A stretch of DNA of 64,000 nt, from assembly GCA_051294905.1 (NCBI GenBank), contig CM119372.1:24926001-24990000 (forward strand), read 5' to 3'. The first letter of the stretch is position 1. Each line of letters opens with the position of its first letter. The notes below the pieces were generated by a model, which was not told the DNA's origin, did not search any database, and saw nothing but the letters and a program-made list of their open reading frames with translations. Source of the DNA: Botryllus schlosseri. Its lineage: Eukaryota. Position numbers and translations under genes: made by a program. Shown piece by piece: positions 1-12,258 of the stretch.

Positions 1-314
1 GAAATTGACATTTAGTGTAGCAATACGATCGTAGGTTACATCCCTCGTCATCCAATCAGTTGAACCTGCATTTTGAAGTATTAGGAATTAGGAACAAAAC
101 TAGCAATGTTTTTTCATAAGTAAATAAAGAGCGGACTATCGGGGAGCATTCTAAACCTTGAACAAGGGGACAATGAATATTAAATTACATAAAAACCAAG
201 GCCAGTTTGATATAACACGCAGTCCGTATACAAGGCTTCTGCTAGCAACATTCCTATCCCATGACCAAGCATGATGCAAACGATAGCCTTTCAAATTTTC
301 CTATTCATCTTGAG

Positions 315-2361
315 GTACATGCATGATGCTGATTGGAAGCTGTCTTGCCCATGTCTTCTGCAGCGCATCACACAACGTGCGTGAAAGCTGTTGGTTCTGT
401 GATTATGCCAGTATCACGCTCAGTTCGCTTGGAAGTGCTATTGTTTACAATAACTATGTCTGTCCATACGAATGTATCGGCGTAAGGATCCGTGAGTATG
501 GAGTTACCGTGTATTGCCAGCTAGTACGGTTACATTTACCTAGATTTGATTCTGTCATCAACTATGCTCAATTGCTCAGCGAATTGTTCAAGAGTTATTA
601 ACGCTTTCTCGGGTCGCTTGGCCAATCCTAAAATTGTTACCTTAACCATATGGAGTGAGCATAAAATGATTAGATGTGATCACTGAGCACACACACTAAA
701 CAGTGATTCAGCAAATTGCAGTGTGAGATTCTCACAGGTGTCATCAGGTCTCATCTATCCCACACTCTAGAGAACTGATTAGAATCCTTGCACAATATTG
801 GTCAGTTCTAGATATCACACAATTCAACGTGTTCATTATTTCGCAGCAAATTTGATGCTAATACTGGGAGTTGCCGGGGTGGTCGGACATGCGGCTTGCT
901 GCTACTCACGGAGAATGACTTCGAAACTGAGATATCTTCTGAGAAGTTCCGTCTTTGTTGTTTTATACATGGGCTCGTCAGTACCATGTGGAATTAAGTA
1001 AGCAATCGAAGAGTTTGCAGTTTGTGAAGAAGTGGTTTATGGAGAAATACCTTAGACATGATAGGCCATTTCTTGAATAAACACCTCGTCGGATTGCAAA
1101 AATGGCCTCGTAAATATAATTTGCAGCAAGGACCCCAGTCGCTCCATATTTCCTTGGGCTGGTACCACATAGTCGGGGAAAGGAGAGTTGTGTTACAAAA
1201 CCTTCCGTAATGATGGATATAATTGTAATTTGAAAATGTCGAGTTGGTTCAAGAGCTTGTTGAATATCTGCTTTCTTCCCAGTAGTAGGCCTACCTCAAA
1301 CAAGATCAGCTAAATTTTACAGATGTCTCGATCTTTGACATCTATCACCAAAAACATATGCTCATGAGTTGGAACACTTGCCACTATCTTTCCTGCTCTC
1401 GCCCGCAATGTTGTGAGTCTATTATCTAAGTTCCATATACTCAATACCCTCTATGAGAGAGAGTATGGTGGCTTCTGTGTGTGAGTTGCATCAGCGGATC
1501 TGTGATCCATACAATGATTTGGCCATTGAAGTTTTATGCCAGATGTTCTTCCTGCCGCAGCCAGCGGAAATCGAACCCAAGACATCTGGTTTTCGCGACC
1601 AGGGGGGTAACTGATGAGCTAGGTTGGTTGTCGCTAAAATACCCAGTTTGATATATTTCATAGGAATCTTTGTAAAGAATATCTCTTCTTAACAGATATT
1701 TATCTATAGCCCTCTCAAACGATAGTTCAAGCAACGGCACACTTTTCACGGAAGACATTCGCTGTCATCTCGATGACAATCCTGGAGAAAATGCCACCAA
1801 TTTCCTATTAGTCACTGCATTTTGTGCCCTGACCGTCTTCTTCAATGTATCTAAGATTCCGGAGAGATGGTTTCCAGGTACTATTTATTATTGGCTTACT
1901 TCATTGACTTATTCTATGAGGGTTCCATTTTGGTTGACTTGAGTCACTTTCGAAAAAGATTTTGTTTGTGGTTTTCAGTTTTGGTAAATTTTGGGCACAT
2001 GTTTGCCAGTCTAGAGCCACCAACTCTGGTGTTGGCCATAAGAAATCGCCGTATTTATTGCGCTGAGCTTTTCATTCTGTTTTCTGTAGGTACGTTTGAT
2101 ATAGTCGGGCATTCTCACCAATGGCTACACGTCTGCATCGCCATTGCGTTCTACTTCCAGACATTTATCGTGGAAGATGTGATCAAAAACGTGGAGAAAT
2201 ATACATCAACCGGGTATGTTTTGCCAGGAATCATGCCATATAAGTGTCAAACTTACTCCGGCCTAGAAGGGACATCGTGCCAACGCTATAACTTTCTTGT
2301 TTTCCGAATTTTGTATGTTACTTTGTGTGGCGTCACTATTAGTGATAATGATTGTTGTTGA
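315..2361 (+). CDS. PAQR-family (membrane progestin/adipoQ receptor-like) gene, 3' exons; 5' part outside window
   Basis: Exons ~315-481 (GSCLAHVFCSASH...FCDYASI), ~810-997 (ends aa|gtaag), 1696-1877 (...FFNVSKIPERWFP|gt) and 2090-> (GTFDIVGHSHQWLH). These carry the SxxxH, D and PERW.PG.FDI.GHSHQ..H motifs of PAQRs. The junction between the first two exons and the exact 3' end are unresolved. Confidence 0.8.
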
Positions 2362-2511
2362 ACCTAGTTTTTTGAATGCTTGCATTAATGCTGACGGCAT
2401 CTCCTGATGAGTGCCAGCCGAAAAGCTTCGGGAATATATATGAATATATTATTCACATATGCATTATGAGGTTCTGTACCCCAGAGCATAGATTTGTTGT
2501 AGTGATTAAGT

Positions 2512-4124
2512 CAGTGGTTCTCAACCTTTATGCCATCGCGGACCACTTTCGGATCGTCGCGGACCCCCACAAAGTTTTAGTTTAAATTTAGCCCAATTAT
2601 CATACAATCGTCATCTGTCTTGCGCAAAAGATAACTGTAGCATCAGTAATAAACATCAACAAAATGATTCTTCTTGAAAATAAGATGATACTACTCATGT
2701 AAAATTGGGTTGATTTATATTATTTCAAAGCGAATTCTGCAACTGCATTTCTTGAAATAAGTGGTCGTGTCTTGGAAATCCGCGCCTTCGATTTGACATG
2801 AATGAATGCTGAGAATCCATTTCCACAAATATAGATGGTGGCGAATGTAATAATTTCGCGGAACGCTTTTGACGACACATTTGGGTATGATCACAACAAA
2901 TATGGCACCAAAATTGACAAACAAATTTTCTTAATGAACATACCGTAATTTTCCATGTATAATGCGCAAAATTTTACCAATTTTTTGCCCTAAAATAGGG
3001 GGTGCGTATTATACATGGGTACAGCAAGCCTTAAAAAAATCCCTCGATCAAAGCACGTCTGCAAAGCACGCGATCTCTTGCTGAGTTGGTTTGCAGTTGG
3101 TACGCGAGCAAAATCAGGTCGCTGATTGCTACAAGCGTGCGCGGCAATCCTTGTTGATTCATCGTGTCAACGACAGGCCTTAACAATTGCATACACAAGA
3201 GGCCACGTGCGCAAGATATAATTGCTTGCGTAATCAGTCACATCTCCAACAGGACTAGTGCGCCCCCGACATAACCGTTGGCCTGAGCAATCGCATCTGT
3301 AATTGTAATAGGCCTCGTGCGCAAGATGTCGTGTGTCGCTAGCCTGAACTATCGCGTCGCCGACCTCACAGGCTTTGGCTACTATCTACTCTTGTTAAGA
3401 GACAATGCCGTTAATTGTATTATGATTAGCGATCATTATGTCATGATTGTTTGACAGTGACATCGCAAAACAGAACAACATCGAATACTAAACCGCAACT
3501 ATTCATGTACTCATGTACTGCGAATGCAGGGTGCGTATTATACATGGGGCGCACTTTATTCGGTAAATTACGGTAGTTGAATGTTTTGTTGCGCCGGTAG
3601 CAGACAATATATATAAACATTAGGCCTTGGTTTTGGTTACTTTCACACTCTATTTAACGTCCACTTGCGAATGAATATAACTTTATTAGTTACACGAGCT
3701 TTCGGAGCGCCACTCCTTCATCAAGCCTGGTCATTTTACCTAGTAGCTTATCTTTAAGTTATTATGGAAAAATGGTTGTGCAGCACAGAAGAAAATCGAT
3801 TTTAGTAAACATTTCGACGTCACCATGATTGACCTTACTCATCCAACTTTTCTTTCCCACAATCCCCAGCAAAACATCTCAAAACAGCTAAATGTTTGTA
3901 TCACTGAGCTATTGGCAATTAAGCAATTAAAATGAGTCTGCACAGTAGGGTATTTCATCTCAGACGGGCATTCTGTTGATGTGAGCTCTGGAGTTTTACT
4001 AGTAATGAAGCGAAACTGCCTCGTGATTTGCCGAATTAAAAAAAATACAAATTGTATATCAAATATTTTGAGGCTTCGCGAGCCCCCTGAAAATGCTTCG
4101 CGGACCCCCGGTTGAGAACCGCCG
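2512..4124. mobile_element. hAT-type non-autonomous element with nested Tigger/pogo-like MITE (~2943-3574)
   Basis: Termini cagtggttctcaacc...ggttgagaaccgccg with 8-bp TSD gattaagt. Inner element has ta-ccgtaattt...aaattacgg-ta termini. Confidence 0.75.
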
Positions 4125-4235
4125 GATTAAGTACTGAAAGTAGGCTTCGCCTACTTATGTATTACGAAAAAGCCCTTTGTTACTGACCACCTCTGATGTA
4201 AGATCAAAACATGACTTGGTGACACGGACCGATGC

Positions 4236-5690
4236 CAGTGGCGTAGCAGCGTGTGTTGCTGCCCGTGGCTTTTGCTGAAATTGCCGCTCCCTTAAGTTAA
4301 CCGCAGCAAATTTCGACATAGTTTCATGTTCCAGCAATCTTTTTAATAAAAATAATTACGAATAATATGCTGCGTCTCAAGAATTTCTATACTGCTTGAG
4401 AAAGAAGCCTCACCTTCTCAACGTTTATCAGGCCAAAATTAATAAAGACAAGAAATGGTGAACGAATGTTTCAGGCAAAAAAATCAATAGCCGCCTGAAA
4501 ACTGAACTTTTTGAGCTTTCGCCGAAGCGATATCAGCGACAATATCCTCAAAATCAAGTTTTTGAACGTATAGTCTCTTTCTATAGGAAGAATGGATAGA
4601 GCTGATAGCCGATCATCATTCATGGTAGAACGTGAATAAGACTTTATTAGTTTCAGCTTTGAGAAGCCCCTCTCATGGCTCGCAATTGAAGCACCAATGG
4701 TCAGACAAAGTTTCAGACACGAGCATAAATATGGTGTCGAATCAAGTATAGGTGTGATTTAACTATAACCACTATAAAACATCAAACGCTGTTGCAGCAT
4801 GATCAAACGTGGTGTTACTGCTCCGCACCAGTCTCTTATCAATATCTATAATCTGATTATATTTTCATCTGAACAAGACAAACACAATGTACAATGCGCC
4901 AAGACACAATGTGATGTAATGAACAGATACGAGGATGTCGAACGACCAGTTGCGGTTGCAGTAGCGGTCTCTTGAACTGGCATCCACCTCGGCCTCACGA
5001 CACTAGCCCGATTTCACAGTTCCTTTTTCAATGTTAGTCTCTATTTCGCAGTCTTTTGGTCTTGCTCCATTCCTTGTGAGTGTGCTCTTTCATCGGGCGT
5101 TTTTTATCGCCGTAAAAACGGCGACGCGGGGGAAGAGCAGTCCAGAATAACCTCCGACCCAGAATCGACTAAGGCTGCCTGGGCGCTAGGCGCTTATCGT
5201 CACCACTACGCCACCTCGCCTGCTAACTCCAATTTAACAAGACTGATCTTAATCGAAAGCTTTTGTTGCCCTGATTCCGGAATTACAATTTAAAAGCTGA
5301 TCAGGGCAACGGAACCACCCCGAAATAGCCATCAAATTCAGAAAATCGGCATTGTTCCGAATAATCGCTCGATACTATTCCCATTACCATGGTCAATTGG
5401 TCATTGTGTTGCGGCTCTCCGATTGTTCGGAATAAACGGCCTTGACGGCTATTTCGGAGTGGTTCCATTACCATGCTCATATTTTAATTTGTGTTTCGGA
5501 ATCAGTGCGACAGTATAGCTTTCGATTGAGTCCAGTTTGATTAAATTTTAGCTCTCTGGTCGCTAGCTATAGGACTACCAATTACACTGCTTTTAGCCGC
5601 CTGTGTACACTGTGCACTGTGCAGCCTCATTTGACCGCCCCCTTGGGGCCTGGCGCAGGCCGTAACCGTTAAGTGGCTGCTACGCCACTG
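4236..5690. mobile_element. hAT-like MITE containing a tRNA-derived SINE (~4870-5220, - strand) and a palindromic MITE remnant (~5230-5550)
   Basis: TIR cagtggcgtagcagc...gctgctacgccactg with degenerate 8-bp TSD (accgatgc/gctgatgc). SINE head on the minus strand reads ggcgaggtggcgtagtggt (A-box-like). Confidence 0.6.
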
Positions 5691-6735
5691 GCTGATGCTT
5701 GCTGGTAATGAGGTCTCATGATATGTTTCTGGCATTTATATCGGTATGTTGATACTGATATTAGTATTAATGTGTTTAAGGGATGTCTCACTTGTGGACC
5801 TGCATCTATCGTTCTCGAACACCGCCGGCGTGATGACTGTGACTGGATTGCTTTGCTTCACCACTTGCGCACTTTTTTCGAGAAATTTCTAATTTTAAAT
5901 TTTGGAATATGTCTTACTGAGAATACGTACTCCCACAGGAATGAAGCACTTCACATGCTATGTACTCGTCATTTTATTGCTTCCGTACTAGACTAATTAT
6001 CTATTATTTTATGAATTACGAACTGTATAAGTAGACCAATTAATTGATCTTTCCTGCCTATGCATCGATTTTATGTTTGGAAACACTGGGTATGTAACTG
6101 TGTAATTGATACAGGCATGTAATGGAGCTGTTAAACTCAGACAAGTGTTCATGAATAAATTCAATGGATTCTTTATTCAGTTATCTCAGTGCTACGCTAT
6201 GCTTTATTATATGGTTCAGAATCACTAACTATAAGTAGTCAGAAGAATGGCCAAGAATCAGGGCTAGTCATGGGGCCCACTGCCATTGGTGCGAGAGTGC
6301 CCTGTTCAAGTTGGTCTTAGTGTTGTCTTTTATTCAGGGACCAAGTCTTTGCAGTAGCACAGACAGACAGTTTTATTGAACAAAATTGCAATGAAAATAT
6401 AATACGTGCTGCAGCGATACGATCCTTAGAGATTCCCGCGGATCATCCAGTCAGCTGCATTAATGGAGTACTAATTAAGCATTATTCAATTCGAGTCTCG
6501 CGTCATAAATAAATTTAAGAAAATGTAAGCAGGCCGAATAGTGGTTTGGAACATCAAATGAGTAATAGGCAAAATACTAAAGGACTAAATACGACCAAAA
6601 CAGGAGATAAATAGGGTGAACGGCAATTACAATGTAAAGCAACTAACTTCAATACGGTATAAGTAAACGAGATTTATATTCAAGACAAAATGCAGAAAAC
6701 GACAATTCCTTCCAGGCTAGTGGAATGGCATTCGA

Positions 6736-7939
6736 CAGGGTTGTAACCAAGTCAATGTCACTTTTATAGTTTTGACTCGAGTCATTTTCAATTCACCACC
6801 GAGTCAAGTCCCGAGTCCAAGTTATCGAGCAGAGGGTCGAGTCCGAGTCATGGTATTTAGGTATTATGACCCGAGTCCAAGTCACTATGTTGACTGCTCA
6901 GTTCCAGAGGGATCCGGCAGTCGACGAGCATGTCCACATTCAAGTCGAAATATAAGCAATTACTACTAAATAAATACAGTCCATCCTCAAGATTACCGGA
7001 CCACGACTGACCTATCGATTTCGCTTCCCATGACATGCCGCCCTATTTCTTGTCGCATTCTTTTTCTATACGATCTTCTTTACTTTCATTCAGTGTGCAT
7101 GCCTCCTCTTTACATCGCCTAGGCCAAGGTGGGTGTCAGATTCCATAGACTACTCCTTGTCGCTTCGACATCTTCCTGTCTTTTCATTGTATCGGCATTT
7201 TTGTGGTGTATTGAACTGATAAAATTGCTAATAAACCAATGATGATGAAGATTACCGGACCACGACTGACCTATCGATCTCGCTTCCCATATGCCGCCCT
7301 ATTTCTTGTCGCTTCCTTTTTCTACACTATCTTCTTTACTTTCATTCAGTGTGCATGCCTCCTCTTTACATCGCCTAGGCCAAGGTGGGTGTCTGATTCC
7401 ATAGACTACTCCTAGTCGCTTCGACATCTTCCTGTCTTTTCATTGTATCGCATTTTTTGTGGTGTATTGAACTGATAAAATTGCTAATAAACCAATGATG
7501 ATGATGATATATATATATCCCTATATATCCCCGCTCAGTTCCTAGATAGAGTCTTGTTAAACTTACTTTTCATAACTTTGTTTGGTGATATCGAATGGTT
7601 CACATTTATAATATACTAATTTTCCTCACTTTTAGTAGTTTCTGCATGGTCGCATTCTCAAGTACCAGTACCAATAGGCGAAATCCCAATAGGGTGGTTA
7701 ATTTACTATTCTTCAAAATTACAATGAAATGTCGGTCTTGGCCATTTGATTCTCGAGTCACATGAATTGGTTCGAGTCATGCGCACTCGAGTCCAAGTCG
7801 AGTCAATGCACAAATTACTCGAGTCCAAGTCGAGTCAATGCACAAATTACTCGAGTCGAGTCATTTCAGTATTTTGAAAAAATTGACTCCAGTCAAGTCG
7901 AGTCATCAGAAAATCGTAACTCGAGTCATTACAACACTG
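6736..7939. mobile_element. MITE family with subterminal GACTCGAGTC/CAAGTC repeats (other copies 50736-51696, 57943-58255, 62389-62835)
   Basis: cagggttgtaa...ttacaacactg-type termini. The other copies have ~8-bp TSDs: tggtatat/tggcatat, gtcagaac/gtcagaat, actgggcg/actgagcg. Confidence 0.75.
6989..7508 (+). repeat. Tandem duplication (~260 bp x2) of a non-LTR retrotransposon 3' tail ending AATAAA-(ATG)n
   Basis: aagattaccggaccacgactgacc... is repeated at ~6989 and ~7248. Related tails lie at ~23250-23350 and ~24740-24955. Confidence 0.7.
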
Positions 7940-8416
7940 CATTCGAAGTGTTGAAGGCGGAACCTAGCCTTACAACTCCGCATACAACAACGATCAAAAT
8001 AACGTGTCCACTCGACTTCGATCGATAACGAAATTACTGCCCTAATCATTAAGTGAAGACCTTGAAACTAGACATAGTATCACAAGATATATACCATACG
8101 AAATATTGTCACCCATCTCGCTATGCAACATCGTCAAAATCAGGGGCGGGCAACTTCTCCAGGCGGCGGCCGGATATAGGAAAATTACCCTAAGTACTGG
8201 CGGACCGGATTGCTGAATCGATACATTATTCGCCAATTTATCCACATGTACACGGAATTTATCGAATTTAATGAATGTATTTTAACGACAGCAATGTCAC
8301 TTCTAACCCATTTCTCGCCGATATTGACGAAGACAATGTAGATTTGAGAACAGCATTATTGCCGCACAGGCGCCGCCATGTCTGCTTCTCACTGATCAAC
8401 TAACATACGGTGCAAT

Positions 8417-8669
8417 CATAATACCAAACTTAAAATTCAACATTGAAGGCTATTTTTGGGGTTCCAGGGCGACGAGCCGAAAAAAATTTATATTTTCGCA
8501 ATCACTACCGTGGTAGCTTTCGATTGATACCAGTTTTATCAAATTTAATGCTCGGCAAGCCGGTCAAACATTACCGTCAAATTGACTTCAGCCAAATGGA
8601 AAGTGCGACGTAGACCAATTTCACTGAGCCGTAAGATTTGCTTATGTCCACACCATATAGGACACTATG
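8417..8669. mobile_element. Deleted copy of the P/Galileo-like MITE (right TIR retained)
   Basis: Ends ...ccatataggacactatg like element 53540-54951. 7-bp TSD gtgcaat at 8410-8416 and 8670-8676. Confidence 0.7.
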
Positions 8670-8676
8670 GTGCAAT

Positions 8677-10951
8677 CAGGGCCGTAACAGCGCTTCGTCA
8701 GTCCCCCCCCCTCCCTAACAAAAAAAAACGTTGGTCTTGCCCCCCCCCCCACATAGGGTGATAAACCGAACTTATGGGGGGGGCTTTCCCCCCAGACCCC
8801 CCTCAGGCTATACGCTGCTTACCGCTACTTATAATGTACCTTGGTTGTCCGTTTAGTGAGTCAGCTTTGCTTGCCTAATCGCGCAAAGCGCGAGAAATTT
8901 CTATAATTCATGACTGAATCGGTCAATATAATCGGTATTGCATATAGGGGAGATGTGGTACCGATGGATCACTGGGACCGAAAATACTTTGAAAATTCTC
9001 TATGATAATTCCATGATTACACTCCGTGAACTTGTCTACACTTGCATGCTGGCAAAATCTTTCCTCGCGTACAAAAAAATTCGACGTGCGCGAGCTATGG
9101 GGTCTCTCACGGATGATTTTTGTTTTGGGGGGTCGTAAACTAAATTTAGATCGACATATACGTTTTTCTTTGTAACCTTCAACACGAACAGAGCGGCAAT
9201 CATTTTTATTTTGAAGTGTTCGGCTTTTATCAGGCTATATAATGGCACCTAATATTTTGTTCAGTACTTTGCTTGAGTGGACTTTTTTCGATTCATGTAT
9301 AAAATTCGTAGGGTGGGGACCGATGATACAATAGCCAAATCAAGCAAAATAATCAAGCATACTAATCATGAAACAAATGAAACATGCCTACGTACAGAAT
9401 ATCTTTATGTAATAATTGCAAATGATGTTTTATCGTTATAACGAGGTATTTGGAAGTCACGCGGATGATTTTCGGGCAATATGTATGTACCCTCAAATTT
9501 ATAAGTCCGAGCCTAAATCGAAACGTGATTTTATGACAACATTTGAGTTAATATTTATTCTATTTTTTGACAGTTGCGACCGAACATTCTTCTTTGGCTT
9601 GCTGCAGCTTAGATTATAATACTGAGCAAGAAAAGTAGCCACATCTGAGTTTTTTAGGGTATATGTGTCATAGGTCCCGGGGTCGTGTGCCATTGGACCC
9701 ACCGGGTGGGGACCGATGACACGTTCGAGCAACAAATTTTGAACGTCCATAAATATTTTTTAAAAAGGCGGATATTCAGGTTTATGCGCGCGATAGGTAG
9801 AGCTTGTATCAAAGTGCTGAGCCAGCAAAAGGTCTGCTGTTTTCGGCAGAACATTTCGGGGCCAGCGATCATTTTCCAATTTTTGATCCATCGGTACCAC
9901 ATCTCCCCTATATTGCTATCAATTTTTATCCTCTCTCTGCTCACGTAATTTAATTTACAGGTAGAGCTGAGTAAGGTGTGTTAGAAAAGGTAGGACCCCT
10001 CAATAATAATTGAACATCTCCGGGTGTATACCCGTTGGCAGGAACGAAACAACACTTCGTCAGGACCCCAAAAAAACTTGAGTCTTAGGCTCCCATAGGG
10101 TGATAAACCGACTCCCATCACGTTTGTTCGCTTTTGCGACGAAGTTACAGTTGTACTGTTCAGTTAGCCAGCGCAAAGCGCAAATTTTTTTGATAATTCA
10201 TGATAAAATCGGTCAATAAGATCAGGAATTGCATAGATATAGTGCTATCAATTTCTTGTCTTCTCTACTCACGTAATCAGACTTACCGGTAGAGCTGAGT
10301 GAGGTGTCTTTGAAACTGTAGAGCCCGTAAATAATATTTAAACATCTTCTGGCGGGCTGACCCATTGGTATGACTTCGTTACATGATGTTATTTCGTGAC
10401 CTCCTGTCTGCTATATCACAAAATATAGAATCGCACAAACGTACTAATTTTTCCCTGCGGGATGGTTTGTCTTGTGAGGTTCAGATTACCAAGACAGGAA
10501 CATTCGGCGCCAGTTATTTAGGCGCCTATGGACAATTAAACCTATATGTATTTCGTATATATAACGAAGTTTTCGGTCACCATAAGGGCAGTCCTTTTCG
10601 GCCAAGGTTTCTCGCTGCCGATCGTTCTGGCACACTTCTTGGAGTCGCGTGTCACATTGCCTAAAACTTGATATGTCTTCGTGCGTTGTGGCGCGGTAAT
10701 GGCCAACGCCGATGTGCCCATTTCTATAAATCTTGCGAATGTTTCTTTGTGGGATGAGTATAGGCCTACCCAAGAATCATAATATTTGGCAACTGGAAAT
10801 CGCGCCTAGCGCGAAAAATTTTTGAAAAAGTTGCATCAATTTTCAAAAAATACTTTATAATTTCTGCTAATTCACCAAAAACTTTTGGGCCCCCCTCGAA
10901 CTCGCCCGCCCCCCCCATTGGGGGGTTTGGGGTGCGGCAGTTACGGTCCTG
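8677..10951. mobile_element. hAT-type non-autonomous element (family also at 45127-46399 and 49617-52199) with nested TA-flanked MITE 8947-9908
   Basis: Termini cagggccgtaac...gttacggtcctg with 8-bp TSD ggtgcaat; the copy at 45127 has TSD actacacc. Inner TIR ggggagatgtggtaccgatggatca sits in a TATA site. Confidence 0.8.
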
Positions 10952-11185
10952 GGTGCAATCCTTGATTAAGATTTCAAGGCGTTCGATAAGCCCGGTATCC
11001 CAAATTTACAAGATATCAATTCATTAGGGTAGAGTACATGGTAAATGCCGATAATGCAAGGCTTCTCGCTTAGGCGAACTTACGCGTAAGCTCTACTCGC
11101 ATGCTGCGCAAAAACGTATATAGTAACATACAGTCACTAAAATTTGACGTTTAAGCAAGTAGTGAGGAATCTCGGCAGACTGGGG

Positions 11186-11367
11186 CCGCGGGCGACATTA
11201 TCATGTAAGACGGGAAACTGTCCGCGGGCCACATTATCATGTAAGACAGAAAACTGTCCGCGGGCCACATTATCATGTAAGACCAATGATATATATCTCA
11301 TTGTGTAAGACGGGGAACTGTCCACGGGCCGGATCCCGGCCCGCGGACCGTATATTGCCCGCCCCTG
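11186..11367. repeat. 36-bp tandem repeat (~3 copies) in a MITE end
   Basis: ccgcgggccacattatcatgtaagac...aaactgt is repeated, followed by a hAT-like end ...ttgcccgcccctg. Confidence 0.65.
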
Positions 11368-11464
11368 GTCAAAATCAACACATACCAATAACAATGTGAA
11401 CTACAACTACAATGTGACGAATTTTCTCCAGTGTTGTCCATACTATCTTTAAGGAGTTAGCACA

Positions 11465-11510
11465 GTAGCACCATAGCAATTTACAACGTTGTAAATTGCT
11501 ATGGTAGCAC
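11465..11510. mobile_element. P/Galileo-like transposon excision footprint (others at 47903-47937, 55188-55265, 63197-63235)
   Basis: gtagcac-CATAGCAATTTACAAC|GTTGTAAATTGCTATG-gtagcac: perfect 16+16 palindrome between 7-bp direct repeats. Confidence 0.7.
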
Positions 11511-12258
11511 ACGCTGATGACACCTGCTGTCCGCTGGGTCCGCAGTTTAGTGCAAGCTGCAATCCATTGGTTTGCTGCACTGAGCTGGCCAACCAACAAT
11601 AACAAAAAAGAACAGGCAAAGCAGTTGGACCGAGTGGCTGCAAGTCGTCCTTTTCATCCGTAGCCGAGCCGAGTAGAAGTGCGAAACGTCGGTGCTGCAT
11701 TTGAAAGATTTATTTCTCATTTGCAAGGTACGAACTCCAACCATACTCGTTTCCGGGGTATGTGGACTGGTATAGACGAGTTTCAGGTATGCATTACCAT
11801 TCATCTCTACGCTTCTGTTTTTAATTTCCTCGGTGAAAGAGGGTGGTAGAATATATCTACCACCAACATAATGGCACACATCAGTGAACGAATCCCATCA
11901 TGAACCATGACGACCATAAGAAACATTAAATATTTGAATATAAATTCTAAGAAATATATGAATTATCATGTACAGAAACTAACAAACTTTGACATTTTGA
12001 TTTGAAATAAAACATTGGATTTTGTGTGTGGACTTCTTATTGCAACACATGATGATTTTGATTGGAAATCTTATGTAATTTGTTGTGTTGTAGGAACTCG
12101 TATCCTACTGAGTAGTTAACTAACTACGTAACTCTCATTTCCATATACTGAGAACGCCAAACAAGTACAGATAGGACAATGCAGGAAAGCGCATGATCAT
12201 GTTATTTCGGACCCTTCCCTGATTCATGTATTGTTTTATTCAGGCATTTGCTGCTACT

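Noticed and set aside
11186..11290. 36-bp repeats of CRISPR-like length
   Set aside because: Directly tandem with no unique spacers; part of a MITE.
11375..11879. Overlapping minus-strand ORFs upstream of BORCS8
   Set aside because: No recognisable domain or consistent splice structure, and the region is interrupted by a transposon footprint.
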